DNA of 64,000 nucleotides from Escherichia coli (GTDB lineage Bacteria; Pseudomonadota; Gammaproteobacteria; Enterobacterales; Enterobacteriaceae): NCBI RefSeq assembly GCF_009931435.1, contig NZ_CP043414.1; one strand, 5' to 3'. Shown piece by piece: positions 52,254 to 60,332 of this stretch (position 1 is its first letter; each line of letters starts with the position of its first letter). The notes under the pieces were generated by a model. It saw only the letters and a program-made list of their open reading frames with translations, ran no database searches and was not told where the DNA came from. The position numbers and the translations under genes were made by a program.

Positions 52254-52662
52254 ACACATCCGCATGGCGATGAATGCCTGGGCGCATCCGGACGGTGAAA
52301 AAGTTCCGGCAGCTGAAATAACCAGGGCTTATTTTGAACTGGGTATGACGTTCCCAGAACTGCATGACGACAGCCATCCGGAAGCCCTGGCTCGCAATAC
52401 CCAGAAAATTTTCCGCTGGGTAGAGAAAGACACCCCTGATGCAGTTGAAAAAATTCAGGCGTTGTTACCAGCGATCGAAAAGGCAATGCCACCTTTGCTG
52501 GTGGCCAGAATGCGCAGCCACAGTTCAGCTTATTTTCGGGAGCTGGTGGAGACGCGGGAGCGACTGGTGAGAGACGCTGATGATTTTGTCGCAGTGGCAA
52601 TCGCCGGTTTCAATCAGATGAACCGTGGTGGCCCGGCAGGAAATGCTGTGGCAGTGCATTGA
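52237..52662 (+). CDS. YdaT-like protein (CII-position / toxic-when-overexpressed family)
   Basis: 141 aa starting MKIKHEHI..., the same N-terminus as Rac YdaT (from memory). Overlaps the preceding gene. Confidence 0.6.
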   Translation: MKIKHEHIRMAMNAWAHPDGEKVPAAEITRAYFELGMTFPELHDDSHPEALARNTQKIFRWVEKDTPDAVEKIQALLPAIEKAMPPLLVARMRSHSSAYFRELVETRERLVRDADDFVAVAIAGFNQMNRGGPAGNAVAVH

Positions 52663-52733
52663 GTGATAATAGCCATATCGAATCGCTTCCGGCAACTCGT
52701 GAGTAAAAAGATTCGGTATCAGAAGAGGTGAGT

Positions 52734-53804
52734 ATGGCTAACGCCTGGCTCAGATTATGGCATGACATGCCAAATGACCCTAAGTGGCGAACAATTGCCA
52801 GGGTGTCAGGGCAGCCAATTGCAACAGTGATGGCAGTGTATATCCACCTCCTGGTGAGCGCGTCACGAAATGTCACGCGAGGTCACATTGATGTCACGAC
52901 AGAAGATTTGGCAAGTGCGCTCGACGTGACAGAAGAGGTAATTGATTCAATTTTGCAGACGATGCAGGGGCGGGTACTTGATGGTGATTTAATCACTGGA
53001 TGGGAAAAACGCCAGGTGCTTAAAGAGGACAACGGCAATATTTCGCAAACCGCAAAATCTCCTGCAGAGCGCAAGAGGGCGCAGCGAGAGAGGGAAAGAA
53101 AGCGGGAACAAAATGGCGATTGTCACGGCGCATCACGAAATGTCACGCACATGTCACGACGAGTCACGACAGATAAAGATACAGATAAAGATACAGATCA
53201 AGAAGATCAAAACACTATGGTCCATGGCGTAAAAAACGCTACGAACCAGGCAGGGGATGTTCAGACCGTCAATCCTGGTCAGCCAGCAGGCACGACACCG
53301 GAAGCCGATTCAGCGTATGCGCTGAAACCCGATTCGGGCGCTGTGCAGCAGGTGATGACCCAAAGGCCGGAACAATCACACCAACTGCAGCAGCCTGAAG
53401 CCGATTCCGCCATTCAGCGGGAAGCCGATCGGGTAGTCCCGGAAAACACCGGGCTGTCTGTGGGACGAGTGGATTATCCGGATGTGTTCGAACAGGTCTG
53501 GCGGGAGTACCCGTTGCGTGCCGGAGCAAACCCGAAGAAATCCGCTTTCAGTGCCTGGAAGGCCAGATTACGCGAGGGGGTGCCACCAGAGGCCATGCTG
53601 GATGGCGTGAGGCGTTACGCAAGATACTTGGCGGCTACCGGGAAAACGGGAACGGAATTTGTTCAGCGAGCGACGACGTTTTTTGGACCGGACCGGAATT
53701 TTGAGAACCCCTGGTTGCTCCCGGTAAGCGGCACGAACAACCAGCGTTGTGTGAATCATATTTCTGAACCGGATAACGAAATTCCGCCGGGCTTCAGGGG
53801 GTAA
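52734..53804 (+). CDS. phage replication initiator (YdaU/DUF1376-like, lambda O functional analogue) containing internal iterons
   Basis: About 356 aa with AAGAGG 5 nt upstream of ATG 52734. Conserved N-terminus WLRLWHDMPNDPKWRTIA. Low-complexity acidic central part. No P-loop. Confidence 0.5.
   Translation: MANAWLRLWHDMPNDPKWRTIARVSGQPIATVMAVYIHLLVSASRNVTRGHIDVTTEDLASALDVTEEVIDSILQTMQGRVLDGDLITGWEKRQVLKEDNGNISQTAKSPAERKRAQRERERKREQNGDCHGASRNVTHMSRRVTTDKDTDKDTDQEDQNTMVHGVKNATNQAGDVQTVNPGQPAGTTPEADSAYALKPDSGAVQQVMTQRPEQSHQLQQPEADSAIQREADRVVPENTGLSVGRVDYPDVFEQVWREYPLRAGANPKKSAFSAWKARLREGVPPEAMLDGVRRYARYLAATGKTGTEFVQRATTFFGPDRNFENPWLLPVSGTNNQRCVNHISEPDNEIPPGFRG
52860..53215. repeat. iteron-like repeats (TGTCACG / GTCACGA units in two clusters) plus a tandem GATAAAGATACA x2 / GATCAAGAAGATCAA repeat: candidate prophage origin inside the initiator gene
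   Basis: Cluster 1 at 52861-52903: cgtcacgaaatgtcacgcgaggtcacattgatgtcacgac. Cluster 2 at 53131-53171: catcacgaaatgtcacgcacatgtcacgacgagtcacgac. The second is followed by gataaagatacagataaagatacagatcaagaagatcaa. Confidence 0.5.
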
Positions 53805-53844
53805 GTGTTAATTTCTGGTCATGAGGTAATTTTCAGGAGGGCTT

Positions 53845-54270
53845 GTGGCAAAAGTTTTTACACAAGAAGAGCGGGAAAAAATTAAAGGGCAGGTTGTTGA
53901 ACTCGTACGCCAGAGTGGGCGCGAGACGTTACGACAACTGGAAACTAAAACTGGGGCAACAAGATATCTGATGAGCGTTCTGGCCAGAGAGCTGGTTGCC
54001 AGTGGCGATGTATACAACTCTGGTTACGGGTTATTCCCGTCTGAACAGGAGCGTAAGGACTGGCAAAATGCCCGTAAAAAGCTCTCAAGGGCAAAGCTGA
54101 AGAAACCATCTGCGGTTGATCCGGACCTTATCTGGTCATTACCTGACGGAGAAATACGTCGCTACGATAGTTGTCTAAACATAATCTGTCGCGAGTGCCG
54201 GAAGAGCGAAGTTATGCAGCGCATTATGGCATTTTATCAGGGAAATGTTAGGTATTTTAGACGTTACTAG
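53845..54270 (+). CDS. hypothetical protein, GTG start
   Basis: 141-aa ORF. GGAGGG sits 6 nt upstream of GTG. Basic, with a winged-helix-like segment (RYLMSVLARELVASG) and C-terminal cysteines CLNIICRECRKS. No family recognised. Confidence 0.45.
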   Translation: MAKVFTQEEREKIKGQVVELVRQSGRETLRQLETKTGATRYLMSVLARELVASGDVYNSGYGLFPSEQERKDWQNARKKLSRAKLKKPSAVDPDLIWSLPDGEIRRYDSCLNIICRECRKSEVMQRIMAFYQGNVRYFRRY

Positions 54271-54497
54271 ATTAAAGGGCATTAGTTCAGATATGCATTG
54301 ACATTTTCATGGCACAAGGTAGAGCTAGCGTGGTTGTTCGCTTTGTGCCAAGAGTGGTCATTGATAATATTTTGGTGGGTTACATCTGTCAATGTTTCAG
54401 GTGATATGATATACAAATAGCCAGACTTAGACTGGCATGCTGTTTATTTTTATATTATGGGTGTGCCACATGGATTTAAAACTTATTGAGATATGAC

Positions 54498-55523
54498 ATG
54501 GATACTTTTCATAATATTTTGCTTGAGCACATAGACAGCCTTTTAAAAGAGAGACTTGATTTATCTGGTGACGCTGATATCGAAAAAGAAATTAATAACC
54601 TAATTCCCAAAATAGTCATTGTCGTTAAAAAATCTCTTATTGGCTCGGCCAATGCAATGCTTAGAGAACATCGTTCTCTTTGTGATGAATTTGTTGAGAG
54701 AAATATTTCAAGATGGGCAGAGGCTTTTGATTTGCTCGAAACACTTATAGTGATATGCACGGAGTCCGGTGAAGAGTTCAATCGTTCTTATAGACCACAA
54801 GCTGCCTCTGAAGAGGATGTGGTTTTTGATTTAGTCGTTCGGCATCACGCAAGAGCTTGCCACATCGCCAACGAAATTTTGTGTCTCTTAAAGAATGGAT
54901 TTGCAGATGCTGCCCAAGCGAGATGGCGAGCACTTCATGAGGTAGCAGCCACAGCTATGTTTATAGCAAAGCATGGAAAAGAGTGTGCTGAGCGCTTTTA
55001 CTACCATGAAGTGGTTGATTCATATACTGGAATGTTGGAACACAAAAAGTACGAGCACCGGTTAGAAGCAAAAGGTCCAACTATTGAAGAAATAGCTGAG
55101 TGCAAAGTTCAATTTGATCTATTAATAAAAAAATACGGCAAAAAATATGCAGATAATTATGGGTGGGCATCTTATATTTTCCCTAACCATAATAAAGTGG
55201 GGTTTGGAGCTATTGAGAAAGATGTTCAGTTAGAACACATGCGCCCTTATTATAAGTGGGCGAGTCAGAATGTACACACCGGTTCCAAGGCAATGAGAAA
55301 TAGGCTTGGTCTCTGTGAAACTGGTGATGATATATTATTGGTCGGGCAAAGTGATTCAGGAATGGCTGATCCAGCCCATGCTACTGCTATTAGTTTGATG
55401 CAGATTACTGTGACACTTTTATTCTTAAAACCAACCATTGATCATGCCGTCATTTCAAAAATAATACAGGATTATTCTGATGAGATTGGAAATGTATTTC
55501 TTAAAATTGATAAGGGTAATTAA
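54498..55523 (+). CDS. AT-rich orphan protein of unknown function (341 aa from ATG 54498; 345 aa if TTG 54486)
   Basis: Long ORF with GC content visibly far below the surrounding ~50%. Predicted mostly alpha-helical with many His/Arg/Glu. No family recognised by eye. Occupies the prophage hotspot between replication genes and hok. Confidence 0.6.
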   Translation: MDTFHNILLEHIDSLLKERLDLSGDADIEKEINNLIPKIVIVVKKSLIGSANAMLREHRSLCDEFVERNISRWAEAFDLLETLIVICTESGEEFNRSYRPQAASEEDVVFDLVVRHHARACHIANEILCLLKNGFADAAQARWRALHEVAATAMFIAKHGKECAERFYYHEVVDSYTGMLEHKKYEHRLEAKGPTIEEIAECKVQFDLLIKKYGKKYADNYGWASYIFPNHNKVGFGAIEKDVQLEHMRPYYKWASQNVHTGSKAMRNRLGLCETGDDILLVGQSDSGMADPAHATAISLMQITVTLLFLKPTIDHAVISKIIQDYSDEIGNVFLKIDKGN

Positions 55524-55808
55524 AAATTGGAAAAGTGATAGTATATTCTTGTTTTTTTACTGGTAATTAAATGTTTTTAAAGTTACTAGTTCACACCTAT
55601 CGAACGTCCGGTCTTCGCCCAAAGCGGACTAGAAGGTTAGCTTGCGTCGGATTTGGCGTATTTAAAGAATCGCTGGTGGTTACTGGTTGTTGTGTTCCAT
55701 TTCTACAGAACAAAATCACAGAAACTATACCCAATAGTTGTATCTCATCAATGATGAGAGAGCCTCATATTTATCAGGACTGGTGTACGTCCAATACAGG
55801 AGGTTGTC

Positions 55809-55898
55809 GTGCTGGTTCTCAAATGTGCGCTGGCTATTGCAGCTGTAATGGCAATTTATTGTCTTGCTGTTGTTCTTATGGATCGCCTTTCTGATTGA
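55809..55898 (+). CDS. candidate small hydrophobic peptide (29 aa), GTG start with a strong Shine-Dalgarno sequence
   Basis: AGGAGG at 55798-55803, then 5 nt, then GTG. Encodes MLVLKCALAIAAVMAIYCLAVVLMDRLSD, one transmembrane helix plus an acidic tail. Not in the six-frame track (under 60 aa). Confidence 0.35.
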   Translation: MLVLKCALAIAAVMAIYCLAVVLMDRLSD

Positions 55899-56109
55899 TT
55901 TTATATTGGCCAGGTGACGGGAGTTAAGTAGAATGGCTGCGGGTGCTTGAGGCTATCTGTCTCAGGCATGAACACCAAAGGCAGATAGAGAAAAGCCCCA
56001 GTTAACATTACGCGTCCTGCAAGACGCTTAACATTAATCTGAGGCTCAATCTATGAACGGCAAATCTAGGTTAGCCTCTTACGTGCCGAAAGGCAAGGAG
56101 AAGCAGGCT

Positions 56110-56265
56110 ATGAAGCAGCAAAAGGCGATGTTAATCGCCCTGATCGTCATCTGTTTAACCGTCATAGTGACGGCACTGGTAACGAGGAAAGACCTCTGCG
56201 AGGTACGAATCCGAACCGGCCAGACGGAGGTCGCTGTCTTCACAGTCTACGAACCTGAGGAGTAA
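56110..56265 (+). CDS. hokD: Hok/Gef-family type I toxin HokD (RelF)
   Basis: 51 aa, MKQQKAMLIALIVICLTVIVTALVTRKDLCEVRIRTGQTEVAVFTVYEPEE. An in-frame upstream extension (MNGKSRLASYVPKGKEKQA) is present in the six-frame ORF. Confidence 0.9.
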   Translation: MKQQKAMLIALIVICLTVIVTALVTRKDLCEVRIRTGQTEVAVFTVYEPEE

Positions 56266-56332
56266 GAGACTTGGCGAGGGAGAAATCCCTCGCCACCTCT
56301 GATGTGTCAGGCATCCTCAATGCACCCGCACT

Positions 56333-56358
56333 TAACCCGCTTCGGCGGGTTTATTTTA
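56333..56358 (+). terminator. intrinsic terminator downstream of hokD
   Basis: Hairpin aacccgcttcggcgggtt followed by tattttat. Confidence 0.6.
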
Positions 56359-56723
56359 TCTGTAAATATTTTTATAAAAATAATGCCCACACACAGCATA
56401 AAACAAAAAGTATCACAGATAAAAAAGGAGCGTAATGTGCAGATTTGTTGTTTTCCATATTTACTCACTTTAACATAATCAATATTGATATGGTTGTTGT
56501 TTCGGTGGTTTCAAACGAGATGTTATGGTGATCTGGTAAAATTGCATAACATTAAAATTTAATTTATCTAATCGCTTTTAATAATAAGCGTTGTGTTTAT
56601 CCCAATAATCTGTTGTTTGACTTTTATTCCATTAATGTAGGGGCTTTACACTGGAACCAGTTTATTTATACTTTATACGCCAGCCTGAACAACTGGCACC
56701 TGCTGCGCCAGCAGAGACAACCG

Positions 56724-57002
56724 ATGGCGCACGATACCAAATTACACAATTCTGATGATTCTGCCGTCTTTGCCAGCAGGTGCGGACGGCGTTTTCATGC
56801 ATTCAAATCGGACTGGTTCCAGCATCCACCATGCACTGAAGAGCAGGCTGAATGGATAATTCAGTGTTACCGCAGGCGCGGATACGAGGTTAAAAAAGCC
56901 CTTAGCCTCGACTACCGTCACTGGATAATCTCAGTCAGATTGCCTTACTCCGAACGCCCACCGCGTCCGTCCCACACATTCCAGCAACGCATCTGGAGGT
57001 AA
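56724..57002 (+). CDS. rem: Rem-like small protein of Qin-type prophage
   Basis: 92 aa from MAHDTKLHNSDDSAVFASRCGRRFHAF. Lies upstream of ydfU as rem does in K-12. The start was chosen inside the 129-aa six-frame ORF. Confidence 0.55.
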   Translation: MAHDTKLHNSDDSAVFASRCGRRFHAFKSDWFQHPPCTEEQAEWIIQCYRRRGYEVKKALSLDYRHWIISVRLPYSERPPRPSHTFQQRIWR

Positions 57003-57003
57003 C

Positions 57004-58053
57004 GTGCGGGTATTACTTCGACCTGTTCTGGTACCGGAACTCGGGCTGGTGATCGTTAAGCCGGGCCGTGAATCCATGCCGGTATTCCACAATACCCGGT
57101 TACTGGTGGAGCCGGAACCGAAAAGCATGCGTAATCTGCCGTCCGGGGTCGTTCCTGCCGTTGGCCAGCCGCTGGCGGAAGACAAAACATTGCTGCCGTT
57201 TTTTAGTAACGAACGGGTGATTCGTGCTGCTGGCGGCGTTGGCTCATTGTCTGACTGGCTATTACGTCATGTTACATCCTGCCAGTGGCCTAATGGCGAT
57301 TACCATCACACTGAAACAGTCATTCACCGTTATGGTACCGGCGCAATGGTGTTGTGTTGGCACTGCGACAACCAACTGCGTGACCAGACATCGGAATCAC
57401 TGGAGCTGCTTGCTCAACAAAATCTGACAGCATGGGTGATTGACGTCATCCGTCACGCAATAAGCGGTACGCAGGAGCGGGAATTATCTTTGGCTGAATT
57501 ATCCTGGTGGGCGGTCTGCAATCAGGTGGTGGATGCACTACCTGAGGCTGTATCGCGTCGTTCGCTGGGATTACCAGCGGAAAAAATCTGCTCGGTGTAC
57601 CGCGAAAGCGACATCGTACCGGGAGAGCAGACCGCCACCAGCATATTGAAACAACGCACAAAAAATCTTGCACCGTTGCCTTACGCCCACCAGCAACAAA
57701 AACTACCACAGGAAAAGACGGTGGTAAGCATCACCGTTGATCCAGAGTCTCCGGAATCTTTCATGAAGCTGCCTAAACGTCGCCGCTGGGTTAAGGAGAA
57801 ATACACACGTTGGGTTAAGACACAGCCGTGTGCTTGCTGCGGTATGCCAGCCGACGATCCGCATCATCTGATTGGTCACGGGCAGGGCGGAATGGGAACA
57901 AAAGCACATGATCTCTTTGTGTTGCCTTTGTGCAGAAAGCATCACAACGAGCTGCATACGGATACAGTGGCATTTGAAGAGAAGTATGGCTCCCAACTGG
58001 AGCTGATATTTCGTTTTATCGATCGCGCGCTGGCAATTGGCGTACTGGCGTAA
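57004..58053 (+). CDS. ydfU: YdfU, DUF968 protein with a C-terminal HNH-like motif
   Basis: 349 aa. The ...CACCGMPADDPHHLIGHGQGGMGTKAHDLFVLPLCRKHHNELH region has an HNH-like Cys/His pattern. Confidence 0.85.
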   Translation: MRVLLRPVLVPELGLVIVKPGRESMPVFHNTRLLVEPEPKSMRNLPSGVVPAVGQPLAEDKTLLPFFSNERVIRAAGGVGSLSDWLLRHVTSCQWPNGDYHHTETVIHRYGTGAMVLCWHCDNQLRDQTSESLELLAQQNLTAWVIDVIRHAISGTQERELSLAELSWWAVCNQVVDALPEAVSRRSLGLPAEKICSVYRESDIVPGEQTATSILKQRTKNLAPLPYAHQQQKLPQEKTVVSITVDPESPESFMKLPKRRRWVKEKYTRWVKTQPCACCGMPADDPHHLIGHGQGGMGTKAHDLFVLPLCRKHHNELHTDTVAFEEKYGSQLELIFRFIDRALAIGVLA

Positions 58054-58066
58054 GTGGAGAACGAGC

Positions 58067-58819
58067 ATGAACCTTGAAGCCTTACCAAAATATTACTCCC
58101 CAAAATCTCCAAAATTGAGCGATGACGCTCCAGCGACAGGCACCGGTTGTTTAACAATTACGGATGTAATGGCAGCGCAGGGGATGGTGCAGTCGAAAGC
58201 ACCACTTGGGTTGGCCTTATTTCTGGCAAAAGTTGGTGTTCAGGACCCTCAGTTTGCGATTGAAGGCCTGCTAAATTACGCGATGGCACTGGATAACCCG
58301 ACATTGAACAAATTGAGTGAAGAAATCCGGTTACAGATTATTCCTTACCTCGTGAGTTTTGCCTTTGCTGATTACTCCAGGTCTGCGGCAAGTAAGGCTC
58401 GCTGTGAGCATTGTTCAGGTACGGGATTTTATAATGTATTGCGCGAAGTGGTGAAACACTACAGACGCGGGGAATCTGTAATCAAGGAAGAATGGGTGAA
58501 GGAACTATGTCAGCATTGCCATGGTAAGGGCGAAGCCAGCACAGCGTGCAGAGGGTGTAAGGGTAAAGGGATTGTTCTGGATGAAAAAAGAACCCGGTTT
58601 CATGGCGTACCGGTATATAAGATTTGTGGGCGTTGTAATGGAAACCGGTTTAGTCGTTTACCGACCACGCTGGCACGACGTCATGTCCAGAAGCTGGTAC
58701 CAGACCTGACCGATTATCAGTGGTATAAGGGGTATGCGGACGTCATTGGTAAACTGGTAACAAAGTGCTGGCAGGAAGAAGCATACGCGGAAGCGCAATT
58801 GAGGAAGGTGACGAGATAA
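58067..58819 (+). CDS. quuQ: late-gene antiterminator Q
   Basis: 250 aa from MNLEALPKYYSPKSPKLSDDAPATG, with Q-type zinc-binding cysteines. Confidence 0.88.
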   Translation: MNLEALPKYYSPKSPKLSDDAPATGTGCLTITDVMAAQGMVQSKAPLGLALFLAKVGVQDPQFAIEGLLNYAMALDNPTLNKLSEEIRLQIIPYLVSFAFADYSRSAASKARCEHCSGTGFYNVLREVVKHYRRGESVIKEEWVKELCQHCHGKGEASTACRGCKGKGIVLDEKRTRFHGVPVYKICGRCNGNRFSRLPTTLARRHVQKLVPDLTDYQWYKGYADVIGKLVTKCWQEEAYAEAQLRKVTR

Positions 58820-58952
58820 ATGATTTTTGCTGAAGATGGCGACATGATGTTTGCATTTTTCAAAAAATATGGATAAAATTTTTTCAACGATGGGCTTTGT
58901 ATACCCGACGTTAAGAAAAAGTAGAAAACCCGCTGATGAGCGGGTTTTGTGC
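58820..58952 (+). promoter_or_regulatory. candidate late promoter PR' / Q-utilisation region with tR' terminator (hairpin 58926-58947 followed by a T-run)
   Basis: TTGCAT at 58851, an AT-rich -10 region, then the strong hairpin aaacccgctgatgagcgggttt plus TTTTG about 70 nt downstream. The position is immediately 3' of Q, as in lambdoid phages. Confidence 0.35.
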
Positions 58953-59240
58953 TTTAAATGGGGCAATGGTAATGTTGAATCTCATCCCGGGACTCATGTC
59001 TGTTAACTTATTATTTAGCTGGTGACTTGGTTATTTGCCTGATGTTTAAAATGTTTTCTTCCAGTACAATGCCCCTAAACACAATGAGTCTGCTTATTAT
59101 ATTATTAGCAGAGCTATTACGGCCAAAGTACAGCATAAGCTTTTAAAGCCAATCAACCAGTCATCAAGACAGACGGGGTTATTCATAAAAACTCTCCATG
59201 TGTGATCCGATGGGGCCTGAAATTAAAGCTTTAATATAGC

Positions 59241-59453
59241 TCATGAAAGGTAAACATTGGCAGCTGAAGGGCCACGCAGACCATTTATCCGGCAAAATTC
59301 CACGCGTAATCCGGTGGTAATTTCTTCTGCATCGCGGAGATTGAGCGCTGAAACATGAAGCTGGACATCGATACGACCATCGGATGGGGTGATAAGACCC
59401 TTGCCGCTTTTGCCGTCAAAGGTTTTGACAATTCCTGTCATTTTACGGGACAA
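59241..59453 (-). CDS. cspF: cold-shock protein CspF
   Basis: 70 aa, [26 protein letters not shown]... Confidence 0.93.
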
Positions 59454-59753
59454 AAAAATTCCTTAATACTGATAACTTGGCGCACTATACACACGTTCCT
59501 GAAGAAAGCTATAGTTTTTTGATGGGGTTGAAGATGGCTGGATGTCTAAAATAAACATTGCTTCATATGTTCAACTATGCGTTAATGATTGCGTCGGTTT
59601 GAAGAACAGACGATATACGAAGTAGTTTACTAAAGCAGTTCTCATTTCAGGTGTTATTCACTTATTCCTTCTTTGAGTCTCTCCAATTAAGTACGAAGTC
59701 GTTTCTGTTATGCAAACCATTTATGCCGAAAGGCTCAAGTTAAGGAATGTAGA

Positions 59754-59969
59754 ATGTCAAATAAAATGACTGGTTTAGTAAAATGGTTTAACGCTGATAA
59801 AGGTTTCGGCTTTATTTCTCCTGTTGATGGTAGTAAAGATGTGTTTGTGCATTTTTCTGCGATTCAGAATGATAATTATCGAACCTTATTTGAAGGTCAA
59901 AAGGTTACCTTCTCTATAGAGAGTGGTGCTAAAGGTCCTGCAGCAGCAAATGTCATCATTACTGATTAA
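59754..59969 (+). CDS. cspB: cold-shock protein CspB
   Basis: 71 aa, [38 protein letters not shown]... Confidence 0.95.
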   Translation: MSNKMTGLVKWFNADKGFGFISPVDGSKDVFVHFSAIQNDNYRTLFEGQKVTFSIESGAKGPAAANVIITD

Positions 59970-60250
59970 AATTCATCGCTCGTCTGTATACGATAACGAA
60001 GAAGGCTGATGCCTGAGTAGAGATACGGACAGAGTAGTGAATATTGGATTTCTTTAATAAAAATTAAGGAGGTCCAATACATGAAACAATGGCCAGCATA
60101 TTTGGCAAAATCTTAATCAGGAAAAGTATGCTAACCATTGTGGTGAAGTGCAGGTTTGCTGCATGAATAGTTTTACAGCAGAAGCTAACTGCTGGCATGG
60201 CAAAACAAAGTGCGTAAGTGGATGACTCCCACAAAAAGCACCACAATCTC

Positions 60251-60273
60251 AAACCCGCTCAGGCGGGTTTTTT
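60251..60273 (+). terminator. intrinsic terminator
   Basis: Hairpin aacccgctcaggcgggtt followed by T6. Confidence 0.5.
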
Positions 60274-60332
60274 ATTATCTGCTTTAAATATATTATTAAA
60301 ATATAAAAAATACTTGTTACTAATAAAATCAA

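Noticed and set aside
54509-54781. 90-aa minus-strand ORF inside the AT-rich orphan gene
   Set aside because: AT-rich DNA yields spurious open frames. The plus-strand 345-aa ORF is far longer and continuous.
55571-55894. 107-aa Cys/Gly/Ser-rich ORF (…CRAGSQMCAGYCSCNGNLLSCCCSYGSPF) resembling a RiPP/microcin precursor
   Set aside because: It is the alternate frame of the strongly ribosome-binding-site-linked hydrophobic peptide ORF (55809-55898); GCT/GTT/TGT-rich hydrophobic codons read as Cys in that frame. It has no ribosome binding site. Its N-terminal half has no coding signature.
60064-60252. 62-aa minus-strand ORF between cspB and the zinc-ribbon gene
   Set aside because: No ribosome binding site, hydrophobic and Cys-rich with low-complexity composition. 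Overlaps a plus-strand terminator. Likely non-coding.
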